A stretch of 56,592 nt of DNA from a virus. Lineage: Duplodnaviria; Caudoviricetes. Below the pieces are notes generated by a model. The model was not told the DNA's origin. It ran no database searches and worked only from the letters and a program-made list of their open reading frames with translations. Positions within the stretch are counted from its first letter, which is position 1. Each line of letters begins with the position of its first letter. Shown in pieces: positions 28,892-37,890 of this stretch. A program made the translations under genes and the position numbers. The stretch is taken from the IMG/VR virus record IMGVR_UViG_3300037722_000781, positions 1 to 56,592 of that record. One strand, given 5' to 3'.

Positions 28892-29654
28892 TCAGTCGCT
28901 CCAGGTTCGCGCGCGGTAGCCAGAGTCAGTTCCTAGCCGCTTGAGGTTGTTTCATGACAGGAATGGAAGTTTCATGCCGCAGCCGCCTTGCTTTCCAGCC
29001 ACGTCAGCCTGTTGGCGTGCTTGGTGAGGCCAAAGCCGCGCGGCAGCGGAAATGGGTCATCCGTCGCTAACGGCCTTCACAAAACGCCCGTCACGCTCGT
29101 AGAACGCCGCATGATGAGGCCCGCAGAGCATCACCATTTGGGCTGGGTGCTCTAGCGTGCTGACCGCCTCTGCCATTGACGGCAACGCCCCCGACAAGAC
29201 CCGAAAGTCCTGGACCATCACGGCCGCTACGGCACTCGCTTTCTCTGAATCCATCACCCCACCTCCGCGAACGCCACGCCCATCTTAGCCTGCACTGCCT
29301 CTAATTCGCCTTCCGCCACGGATAGTTCGGTGTCCCACTTGCGCCAATCCGCGTCCGTCTTGGCCAGGCTGCGCTTGATGCGGGCGTGCTTTACTGCTGC
29401 CTTGCAGGATGAGAGCTGCTGGGGAAGCGTGCGGAAGTCGTCAGCCGCCATAGCCTTCGATGAAACCATAGTCCGCCTCGATGACGGTTCCGATACCATC
29501 CACGATAATCGGCCGGTATTCGTTCAGCATCTCAGCCTCCAGGCATGCCAAAAGCAACATTGTTGCGCCGATTGTCATGGACATTGTAGGCCGGGCGCAC
29601 TACATCTATCCTGTAACCAGGGCCATGGTGGCCCGCCCTCAAGGGAGAGATCAA

Positions 29655-29942
29655 ATGACCACCATCACCACCGGCAGCCCAAAGCAGATCACCTGGGCCG
29701 AGAAGATCAAGAGCCAGGTTATGGCCGACACAGAGCGCTACCTGACGGGCCAGCTGGAGCGCCTGCCAGAGACGGCTCGTCAGCAGAACGAGCAGCAGAT
29801 TGCCGCCATCCTGGGTTGGCTCCGTGGTCAGACCGATGCCCGCTGGTGGATCGACAACGGGCGGACTCCTGATGGCCATATCGGCGGCGAGCCCCAGGTC
29901 CGCCACCTGATGCGGCAGGCCGTCCTGGCGCTCTCCCATTAA
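29655..29942 (+). CDS. Hypothetical phage protein
   Basis: TGSPKQITWAEKIK...ARWWIDN family pattern; GGGAGA RBS. Confidence 0.7.
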   Translation: MTTITTGSPKQITWAEKIKSQVMADTERYLTGQLERLPETARQQNEQQIAAILGWLRGQTDARWWIDNGRTPDGHIGGEPQVRHLMRQAVLALSH

Positions 29943-29957
29943 CGGAGGATTAGGTCG

Positions 29958-30203
29958 ATGACCCGCCACGATCAGCAGATCAAGAACATGCTCCGCGTCT
30001 ACCACCGGCTGCCTGACGGTCTGATCGAGATCGAGACTGTCGCAATGACCCGAGAGCAATTTCTCGGCGCTCTCGGCGCCGGCATCCCTGCCGAGTTCGA
30101 CCGGCAGCATGTCTACACCGAGACAATGCTGGGCTGGCCCGATGCCAAGGTCGAGTGGTACGGCCTCGAAGCCCCCGGCGATGTCGGCTTTCCCGCCCGC
30201 TAA
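29958..30203 (+). CDS. Hypothetical protein
   Basis: GGAGG RBS. Confidence 0.65.
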   Translation: MTRHDQQIKNMLRVYHRLPDGLIEIETVAMTREQFLGALGAGIPAEFDRQHVYTETMLGWPDAKVEWYGLEAPGDVGFPAR

Positions 30204-30206
30204 CTC

Positions 30207-30434
30207 ATGTCCCCCGCCGAGTTTCGCGCCGCCCGTACCCGCCTGGGCCTCTCGCACGCCGAGATGGCCCGGGCGCTCGGCTATCGGGACAGGCAAAGCT
30301 CCCGCCGCATGGAGACAGCCCCGCACCGCTCCAGCCACCGGCCCGTCCCGCCTCGCGTCGCGGCACTGCTCAGCCTTGTGCTGGCCCTGCCCGAGAAGGC
30401 CCGTAAGGCTTGGCTGGCGGAGCGTGGCGTCTAG
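30207..30434 (+). CDS. XRE-type HTH protein
   Basis: MSPAEFRAARTRLGLSHAEMARALG. Confidence 0.8.
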   Translation: MSPAEFRAARTRLGLSHAEMARALGYRDRQSSRRMETAPHRSSHRPVPPRVAALLSLVLALPEKARKAWLAERGV

Positions 30435-30567
30435 CCCAGGCATGCCAACAGCCCGCGCGGTGGCGAGTTGCGGGCTGGCTTCAGGGAGTCGCGGCACAAA
30501 AGCTGCCGCAGCGTGGCCCGTGTGGGATTTTGGGCCTACGCGAGGCCAACTTGGGCCTGCGCTGAGG

Positions 30568-30597
30568 ATTATAAGCCGGAGTTGGGCGGGATTGCAA
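30568..30597 (-). promoter_or_regulatory. Putative late promoter (sigma70-type)
   Basis: Minus strand TTGCAA-N18-TATAAT just downstream of the NusG-like gene. Confidence 0.65.
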
Positions 30598-30714
30598 GGG
30601 GTTAATTCCCATCCGGCGGCGGCTGTTCTCGCCACTCACCACATTTCGGGCAGCCCCAGCCGTGCCCCTGCTCGCGCAAGTTCTCCATCCATCGCAGCGT
30701 GTGCATGCAACCCG

Positions 30715-30915
30715 TCACTTGCCCATCCTTTCAATGGCCTCTATAATTCCGTACTGAACCGATCTCGCGACAACAGTCAAACTCAAGATCACCGCAAAAG
30801 CGCCCCACTCTTGCGCTAAAAGTGCAACGAAAAGACCAACAAACCAGACCGCCAGCCCAATTTTTTCCGGGGTCGTTAACTTGTCGTCGCCGTCTTCAGT
30901 ACTAACCGCCATCAC
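30715..30915 (-). CDS. Small two-TM protein
   Basis: Two hydrophobic segments. Confidence 0.55.
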   Translation of the reverse strand: MMAVSTEDGDDKLTTPEKIGLAVWFVGLFVALLAQEWGAFAVILSLTVVARSVQYGIIEAIERMGK

Positions 30916-31436
30916 GCCACCCCTATCAGTTCATTGGCCAGCGTCACCTGGCACGGCCGCCCGAACAGCGTCAGCAGCAGCTTGGACCGCTGCTTGCCGT
31001 CCGGCTCGGCGAACAGCCCGACATGGCCCACCCACGCGCCGTCCAGTACCTCGACTTTCTCGCCGGGCTGGAATATCCTGGGATGTCCCGGGGCGGGGCC
31101 TTCAATCCGTATGTAGCCGTCCTCTTCCCTGGCCCGGATGGCGTCCAGGCACTCTTGCGGGAACGGCGTGGGATCCTCGCTGGCCCCGGTCAGCACATCG
31201 CAGACGCCCCTTGTAGCCCGCACGGAACGCCATACAGGCGCTTGGTGCCCGATGGCCATGTAGTGCGGGAATAATGGCTCAACGCGCCCCGTGGGCAGCA
31301 GGCAGCGCGGCAAGTAGGTCTCATAGCCCTGGTCCTGCAGCCGGTATTCCGCGACGGTTTCCTTGTGCGGCAGGTAGCGGAGCCAGAACCACAGCAGCGG
31401 CGCGTCATCGCGGGCAAGGGCGGCGGTGTGGCTCAC
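30912..31436 (-). CDS. NusG/RfaH-family transcription antiterminator
   Basis: NGN (ETYLP, PLFPHY, ATRGV) plus KOW (FQPGEKVEVLDGAWVG) and LFGR. Confidence 0.88.
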   Translation of the reverse strand: MSHTAALARDDAPLLWFWLRYLPHKETVAEYRLQDQGYETYLPRCLLPTGRVEPLFPHYMAIGHQAPVWRSVRATRGVCDVLTGASEDPTPFPQECLDAIRAREEDGYIRIEGPAPGHPRIFQPGEKVEVLDGAWVGHVGLFAEPDGKQRSKLLLTLFGRPCQVTLANELIGVA

Positions 31437-31678
31437 TTGCCTTCGTCCAGGATGTGCTGGAGGGCGGCTTGCCAGGCGGCCCAGAAATTCGTTTCGCTGT
31501 CCGTTCGCAAGTATCGCATCGCCGCTTTGTACATACCCTCGCTCGGCTCTTGCAGGGCCTGCAGGGCGGCTTTCATCGCCTCAATGGCCAGCTCTCTTTC
31601 AACCTGTGGGTTATCGTCCCAAGAAGCGTCGAAATAGCGTTCGTCATACGCCCTCGCAACACGTTCCAGGTCCGTCAT
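31433..31678 (-). CDS. Hypothetical phage protein
   Basis: EPSEGM...WQAAL pattern. Confidence 0.55.
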   Translation of the reverse strand: MTDLERVARAYDERYFDASWDDNPQVERELAIEAMKAALQALQEPSEGMYKAAMRYLRTDSETNFWAAWQAALQHILDEGK

Positions 31679-31698
31679 TGGTCCACCCTCCCGGCGCG

Positions 31699-31995
31699 TC
31701 ATGGCCCAGATCCATGCGGAGGCACGGGCCTCCCGCCCAAGTGCAGCGCGGCATTGTCCCGCCGCAGCCGTTCAATCTCCCCCGCCTGCTCTTTGGCGAG
31801 GGCCAGGAGGTCGGCTATGTCCTGCCAACTGGCGGCGATAAATTCCTGATCCTTCTTGGCGTTGATGCTGACCGTGATCCAGCCGATCGGCCCAACAGCA
31901 AAGTCCACGCGCTGCCCACCAGCGGCCTTGACCCACGGCCCTTCCGTAGCAGCCGCGTGCCGCGCTTCGATCTCAGCTAGGTGGGCGGGGGTCAT
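31699..31995 (-). CDS. Ead/Ea22-like protein
   Basis: AATEGPW...FIAAS...DLLA...EIERLR. Confidence 0.6.
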   Translation of the reverse strand: MTPAHLAEIEARHAAATEGPWVKAAGGQRVDFAVGPIGWITVSINAKKDQEFIAASWQDIADLLALAKEQAGEIERLRRDNAALHLGGRPVPPHGSGP

Positions 31996-32258
31996 GACAT
32001 CATCCTTTTTCGATACCGCTGCCGTTGGCGCCATGCTTTTTCTGCCTTCTTCCCGCCTGCAAAATATGGTTTACTTTGGTGGAAATTCTTGGGCCGCTTA
32101 ATTCCGAGATTTCGAGCCTGCCCTGCCGTGTGATCGAAACTACGCCCGACCATATCGGCCACCTGGTGCCCCGTTAGCAATGGGCTAGGCCACAATCGCC
32201 TGAGCATCGCCTTCTGCTCTTGCGTCCAAGCCTTGTATGGAACACCACGGCGCGGCAT
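31992..32258 (-). CDS. GcrA-like HTH protein
   Basis: WTQEQKAMLRRLW...VADMVGRS...ARNLGI. Confidence 0.55.
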   Translation of the reverse strand: MPRRGVPYKAWTQEQKAMLRRLWPSPLLTGHQVADMVGRSFDHTAGQARNLGIKRPKNFHQSKPYFAGGKKAEKAWRQRQRYRKRMMS

Positions 32259-32828
32259 CGCCCTACCCCGCCCCCATGGCTGTCTGGTTGCCTGGGGAGC
32301 CGGTGGCGTTTAGATGTGCGGATATCATGGCCGTATCCTCACGCAAGCGAGCACCAAAACGCCGGCAATAATTGTCCCGCCGTACCCAGCGAGCCGCCAC
32401 AGCCCGATAGGCATGGCGTCCCAGAAGAACCACACCGCCGCGATGGCAAGAACGCCGAGCAGAGCATAGCCCATGTCGTGCAAAACATCCTTCGCTGCCC
32501 GGTGGTCAATTTCGATTCGCATCGCTCACCTCCATCTCTTCGCCAGCCCGCCGCTTGCTGGCCTCACGCTGGCGCTCGCGGGCGGCGTTCGTGCTGCCCT
32601 TGTAGCGCTTCGGTGAACCCCAATACTTGTCAACCGCCACGTCGCGTCGCCTCTGGTAGGCCTTGCGCTCTTCGCGCGTAGCCTGGCTCCAGGGCTTGCC
32701 AAGGGGCTCTATCTTGAGCACCTCGCGGTCGAACTTGTCCTGCTCGGCACGGGCCTCGGCTGCCGCGGCCTGTGAGGTGATCCACCTATTTCTTCGCTTC
32801 ATGCCTATCCGGCTTTCACCCATGCTAA

Positions 32829-33176
32829 CTAAATCTCGGCTTTTACAGTCGAGCGGTGGTGTTTCGCCGCTTTTACGCGGCGTTCATGACGATTGCCGCC
32901 AATCACTCGGGCTTCTTTAGCATGTCGCACTAGCGCATCGGCGATAGCCAATGCTTGCTGCGGCTGCATACCGAGCCACGCCACAGGTTTGCCGAAATTG
33001 ATGATCACTTGGCCGCTGGCGTTTGTGATCCCAAATTGGATTTCGCCCTCATCGTCCTTAGACAAATGGCCTTCGGGGAATTTGCCGGTCGCGCCGAATA
33101 CCGACTTTGAGCGCTCGATGGCCTCCAAAATACGCGGGTCAAATGGGCCTTGCCCGTCACCGTGATTGCTCGCCAT
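32829..33176 (-). CDS. Hypothetical phage protein
   Basis: GATGKFPEG...DDEGEI...INFGKPVAWLGM. Confidence 0.65.
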   Translation of the reverse strand: MASNHGDGQGPFDPRILEAIERSKSVFGATGKFPEGHLSKDDEGEIQFGITNASGQVIINFGKPVAWLGMQPQQALAIADALVRHAKEARVIGGNRHERRVKAAKHHRSTVKAEI

Positions 33177-33182
33177 GTGCCT

Positions 33183-33428
33183 CTACTCCTTGTATCTGTG
33201 GGTTAAATCCGGGTACGCATGCTTCGCTTCATTACGCCGCTTCCTGGCCACCTGTGCCAGCCACACGGCCGGGTCTTTCTTCGATCGCGCCTGCACCAGC
33301 AGCCGCTCAACTTCCTTCACGTCGTTGCCGCATTTGAACAGCAGCTTGCCGCACATGCTGGCCACGCCGATTTCGCGCGCTATGGCGAAGAGATTCGAGA
33401 GCTGCGCTTGCTGCAATGCTGTCCTCAA
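33183..33428 (-). CDS. Small protein resembling the C-terminal helical domain of alphaproteobacterial phage replication proteins
   Basis: GGAGA RBS, TTG start; GKLL...LVQARSKKDPAVWL. Confidence 0.45.
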   Translation of the reverse strand: MRTALQQAQLSNLFAIAREIGVASMCGKLLFKCGNDVKEVERLLVQARSKKDPAVWLAQVARKRRNEAKHAYPDLTHRYKE

Positions 33429-33737
33429 GCTTCAATCTCCATATCAAGACAACCCGTATCTTTCCCCCGTCAAACGAGGGGCGGGTCCGAAGAGTGCAGT
33501 TTCAAGCGAGCGTTTATCGTGGCGCCCCGTATCGTGGGGCCAGACGCTTTCCCTCAAGCGGTAAGCTTGACCTCTTGGCGGGCCTTCATATTGGGTTCAG
33601 AGCCGTCATTTATCCGGGCGCCCCTGCACGGGCATTCCCGAGGGCCGGGTTTATCAGCCCCGCTCGCAATCCGGCTTTTTCTGGAGACCTTTCGGCGCCA
33701 TGCTGAAAACCGGCCAACAGTGAGCGACACATCGGGC

Positions 33738-33831
33738 TTGACATTTCGTTCCGGTAGTGAAACGATACGGCATACACGCCTAGCCAAGGGGCCTCCAGGG
33801 CTGTCGCTACTGACTGGGGGCCTCTTTCTTT
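33738..33831 (+). ncRNA. OOP-like antisense RNA unit (promoter, about 60-nt RNA, terminator)
   Basis: TTGACA-N17-AACGAT, then stem GGGGCCTCCAG/CTGGGGGCCTC and TTTCTTT, antisense to the leftward operon. Confidence 0.5.
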
Positions 33832-33839
33832 CCATATCC

Positions 33840-34136
33840 CTACTCCGCCGCCAGCCTAGCTGGCGCTTGCTTGGTGTATCCGGCCCGGTCGTATCGGAGG
33901 CCGCCGTACATCTTCCTGCGGCAGGCCTCCTGGGCCTTGGTCTCGCGGCAATCGAATCTCGAGTGTGGGCCGCCTCTCGACTCGTGGTTGGGCGGGAGAT
34001 CTAAGCGACGCCGGATCGTCTGCACGGTGCGTTGCCCTATCCCGATCTCCAGACCGATCTTGCGGTCTGACAGACCCTTACCGTGCAGAGCCGTGACACG
34101 CCGCTCGCGCTCCCTTGTCGCTTCCCAGCCACTCAT
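33840..34136 (-). CDS. HTH protein
   Basis: GLSDRKIGLEIGIGQRTVQTIRRRLDL. Confidence 0.65.
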   Translation of the reverse strand: MSGWEATRERERRVTALHGKGLSDRKIGLEIGIGQRTVQTIRRRLDLPPNHESRGGPHSRFDCRETKAQEACRRKMYGGLRYDRAGYTKQAPARLAAE

Positions 34137-34148
34137 TTCGTTCTCCAA

Positions 34149-34385
34149 TTAGGCGGTGCGTTTCTGTGGTATCATGTGCGCGTTCTCGGGCAGGACGCCG
34201 ACGCGGACCACGTCTTTACGACAGTTGCCGTCCTCCGCCCGAATCGTCCCATGCCAAAATGGCACACCGCAATCAGGGCACCTCGAATGCTCGTAGTACC
34301 CTCGCCTGTTGCCGGTCCCTAGGCGCAAGGGGGCGGACAGCATGAACTCCATGGTGCAGCGCTTGCACTGCTTGAAGCCTTCCAT
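34149..34385 (-). CDS. Zinc-ribbon protein
   Basis: CKRC and CPDC. Confidence 0.5.
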   Translation of the reverse strand: MEGFKQCKRCTMEFMLSAPLRLGTGNRRGYYEHSRCPDCGVPFWHGTIRAEDGNCRKDVVRVGVLPENAHMIPQKRTA

Positions 34386-34682
34386 TACCTCTCGCCCTCC
34401 AGCAGCGTTTCGGCTTTCGCTCGCGCCCATTCGGCCATTACCTGTGCAGCACCTCGCTGGCTAGTGGCCTTCAAGGCCTTGGCCCAGGCGACGGCCAGGA
34501 GAATGTCGCGCTTGGCTTTGGTCATTGCGCGGCTTCCTGTTCCGGCTCGGCGTCGCGACGCATCAACACAGTGTTGAACGCATCGTGGTGCGTGCCCGCG
34601 AAGTCGCCACAAACTGTCCAGCCCACCGCTTCCCAAAGTGGCACGGCGTCTTTCGGGACATGGGCTATGGTGAAGTCGGTTT

Positions 34683-35453
34683 TCATGGGAGCAGGGCCTG
34701 TTGCTGCGGCTTCGGGCGCGGCTCACCGAACAGCTTGCCCTGGCGCTGTGCCTCTTCGATGCGCTTGCACGCGATGTCGAAGAAGCGCGGTTCCATCTCG
34801 ATACCGACGAATTTGCGCCCGAGATTCATGCAGGCAACACCAGTCGTGCCGCTGCCCATGAAGGGGTCAAGCACAACCTGACCAGTGGTAGAAAATAGGC
34901 TTACCAACTCGCACATCAGCGGCAATGGCTTCTGAGTTGGATGGTCGCCGTTCGCATTTTTGCGGAATGTGAAGTTTCCTGGGCGACCTCCGCCGTTCCA
35001 CTTCGAATGGCCTGGCCCACACCAGACAGCTACCATCATTTCGTGGCCTACTGACGGCCCTTGTCCGTTGAACTGAGGCATTGCGTCTGGCTTAACCCAA
35101 ACCATTGCGCGCTTATATTTTGCTCCCGCATCCTGAAAAGCGTCTCGCCACGAACGAACACCCTCTGCTATACAAAAAACAATTGCCCATCCATTGCAGG
35201 CGGTTTTTATGGCTTGAGCGGTTTGTGGGCGGATCAGATCAATGGCTGAAAAACCTAGCTCGCCAATAGCATGCACACTCTTGAGTTTTTTGATGTCCAA
35301 GCGTACGAGAGACGTGCGGCCAAAGTTCTTCTGCATAACCTCGTCATAAGGCGGGTCCGTCACCACGGCATCGACCTTGCCAAGCGTCGGCAGAATCTCC
35401 AGGCAATCGCCGCAGTAGAGCGTTGCATCGCCGATGGTGACGGGCTCGCTCAT
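34683..35453 (-). CDS. Orphan N6-adenine/N4-cytosine DNA methyltransferase (beta class)
   Basis: TDPPY, HPTQKP, DPFMGSGTTG. Confidence 0.95.
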   Translation of the reverse strand: MSEPVTIGDATLYCGDCLEILPTLGKVDAVVTDPPYDEVMQKNFGRTSLVRLDIKKLKSVHAIGELGFSAIDLIRPQTAQAIKTACNGWAIVFCIAEGVRSWRDAFQDAGAKYKRAMVWVKPDAMPQFNGQGPSVGHEMMVAVWCGPGHSKWNGGGRPGNFTFRKNANGDHPTQKPLPLMCELVSLFSTTGQVVLDPFMGSGTTGVACMNLGRKFVGIEMEPRFFDIACKRIEEAQRQGKLFGEPRPKPQQQALLP

Positions 35454-35932
35454 TCCTGCCGCTCCGCCGCCCTGGGCCATGGCGATTCGTAGGGCGGGCG
35501 CTTAAAGGGCCGGGACGCAATGACGCGGCCGTTGTGGGCGGATATGGGGCGCTTAGGGGAGTTCTGCGGGCCACCTGACTGCCGGTTAAAACGTCGTGGC
35601 AGACCTTCGGCGGCTGCCCGCTTGCTACGGGGCTTGGCCAGTCCGCAGAGCCCCCCTAAGCGTCCCTTCTTTTGAATGCGCTTTACCTTGGCGATGCGCT
35701 GCACGTCGCTACCGGCTGTCGTGGCGCGCGTTCCGCTTGTCTTCGTCCGGTGGCAGGGCTCGGCATGAACGAGCCTGTCGGGCTTCCCTGGGCCACCCAA
35801 GGCTATCGGGATGCTGTGCTCTTCGTCTATCCGCTGGCCGGGCAACATGGGCTCGCCGCAGATGGCGCACTTACCGTCCTGGGCCTGCCACATGGCGGCG
35901 CGCTCGGCTTTGCTGAGGCGGGCGCGCTTCAT
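35450..35932 (-). CDS. HNH-family protein
   Basis: CAICG...EHSIPIALGG...CHRTKT. Confidence 0.8.
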   Translation of the reverse strand: MKRARLSKAERAAMWQAQDGKCAICGEPMLPGQRIDEEHSIPIALGGPGKPDRLVHAEPCHRTKTSGTRATTAGSDVQRIAKVKRIQKKGRLGGLCGLAKPRSKRAAAEGLPRRFNRQSGGPQNSPKRPISAHNGRVIASRPFKRPPYESPWPRAAERQE

Positions 35933-36297
35933 GCCGCCACCTTCCCGCGCAAGGGCATGAACGCCGATAGATATTCCTCGACTTCTGAAAGCGAGCTGCA
36001 CATCGCCACGTAAGCGCCGGCCTTCACCAGCGAGCGGGTGGTTTCATGCTGCCGTTCTGAAAGCTTTCGTCCCGGAGCCTTCAATTCGATGAAGATGGCC
36101 CGCCCCCGATGTATAATTTCGACATCTGGGACGCCTGCTTTCTGGCCCATGGCCTTTGCAACACCGGCCTCTGCTTTCGAGCGCTTGAACCCGTTCGAAA
36201 TGGCAAACCACTCCGCGTCCTCGGGCAGCGCAATGTCGAGGTACTGCGCCACGCTTCTTTGCAGGGCTTCCTCGGGCCTGTTGCGGATGCGGGTCAT
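35929..36297 (-). CDS. VRR-NUC nuclease
   Basis: EEALQ, AGVPD, FIELK, LSERQ. Confidence 0.88.
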   Translation of the reverse strand: MTRIRNRPEEALQRSVAQYLDIALPEDAEWFAISNGFKRSKAEAGVAKAMGQKAGVPDVEIIHRGRAIFIELKAPGRKLSERQHETTRSLVKAGAYVAMCSSLSEVEEYLSAFMPLRGKVAA

Positions 36298-36332
36298 GCG
36301 GCTACCTCACCCCTGTCGCGGCAGAGCGGCCG

Positions 36333-37085
36333 TCATGCGGCCTTCCGCTTCGCCGCTTTCTTCGCCGTCGTGGGCTTGGCCTTCTCTGTGCTGTCCGGCG
36401 CTGTCTTCGGTGGCGTGGCCGAGAGCCACTTTGGCGCCGTCCTGTTCAGAGAATCGTCAGCGCGTACGGGCATCAGAATACCGACCACATGGCTGCATCC
36501 ATCGAACCTCACGAACGTGGGTTCGGCAGGCCCCGTGGAATGAATGGAAATTGCCGCCACCCTGCTGCTGCGCAGCCTCGTCGCCAGCGCGGCGAAATCT
36601 GCGATGTAGCGCGGGCTGAACGCGGCCAGCCCGGGCGCCGTGTCTTCCTTTGGCAGCACGCGGCGCCAATCGGGAAACGTGCCGTCGATCGCACAGTAAG
36701 GGTGCTGGGCTACAACCGCGTGCGCGCCTTGCCCCTCGCCGAAAGCCTTGACATTGCTAAGATAATCGTCAAAGCTATAGTCCTCGACGCGCTTTGTAAC
36801 GGACGCCACCTTGCCGTTGCGCAGCAGCAGCATCCGCGCCGGCCCGGGCTTCGTTGGGCGACATGCCGCGATGGTTTCTTTTTCGAGCCGGACAATCTCT
36901 GGTGCATCGCAGGAGCCGGCTTCATCGCGGATCACCAGCATGCGGTTCCCATCGGTCGCCACCAGCAACACGCCGCCGCTGGCGCAGGGCTCGACTAGGA
37001 ATCCTTGGAGATAGTATCGTGTCTCGTCCTTCGACACGAACGGCTGAATGAGACTCGCATATTCGGCAGTAATCAGGATTGTCAT
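36333..37085 (-). CDS. DNA polymerase III beta-clamp-like protein (partial domain set)
   Basis: SKDETRYYLQG, VATDG, IDGTFPDWRRVLP, GILMPVR. Confidence 0.8.
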   Translation of the reverse strand: MTILITAEYASLIQPFVSKDETRYYLQGFLVEPCASGGVLLVATDGNRMLVIRDEAGSCDAPEIVRLEKETIAACRPTKPGPARMLLLRNGKVASVTKRVEDYSFDDYLSNVKAFGEGQGAHAVVAQHPYCAIDGTFPDWRRVLPKEDTAPGLAAFSPRYIADFAALATRLRSSRVAAISIHSTGPAEPTFVRFDGCSHVVGILMPVRADDSLNRTAPKWLSATPPKTAPDSTEKAKPTTAKKAAKRKAA

Positions 37086-37890
37086 TGCACTACCTCAATC
37101 CACAGAAGTTGAAACGGCAGAGCGGCCGGCACAGGGGAGGCTGAAGCCGACACGCTCTGCCGCTTGCGACGGCGGGAGATGAACACCGTCGCACCCGGCA
37201 CTGGGGGGCCGGGACGCTGCTTGGGCAGACGGCGCGGCGGTAGCTGCGCCCCGAGGCAGCCAAGCGCTTGGCCGGGGCCGCTTTCCAAGTGCGCCGCGCC
37301 GTCCACCGAAACAGCGAAAAGTCCCCCGACGCCACATGGACGCCGGGGGTTGCCGAAGACCGGCAAGGAAGCCGCAGCAACGGGGGTTGCGGTTGCTACG
37401 GCACAGGGAGACGTAAAGGGCCTGGGAAGGCCCTGAGATGCCCCGTTGATAAACGCGCCGCAGCCACGGGGCCACGACATGCGGGCGCGAGCAGGAATGC
37501 TCTTGTCGGCGAAGGCACCGGGCGCTCAGACGTCGCCGGCGGCGCCGACCAGGGTGTTGAAGGTGTGGCAAATGGGGGTATAGTTCACAGGCCGGCACTC
37601 GACCGGACCCGCACGAATCGTCGTGGCCGTCATCGCAGTTCTCCTTCGCGAAGTTGAACGAGTTGCCCCATAGCGGCCCTCTCAGGCCATGCGCGCCGGG
37701 GCCGTGCGCTGCATTCTGTGGGAAGGCGGTCATGCGGCGGACCCCTCGATAGCCGCGTGCAGCCGTCGCAGCTCTTGCTGCAGATATGCCTCTGCGGCTG
37801 TTTCGGCGACGAACCAAAGGCCATCATCTTCGGCTTGCTGATCCGCGATTTCGCGGGCCAGAAGGTAGCGCTGCAGGGCAATATCCTTGT

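Noticed and set aside
34683-36297. Restriction-modification system (methylase next to HNH and VRR-NUC)
   Set aside because: These are typical nin-region phage genes; the nucleases do not resemble cognate restriction enzymes
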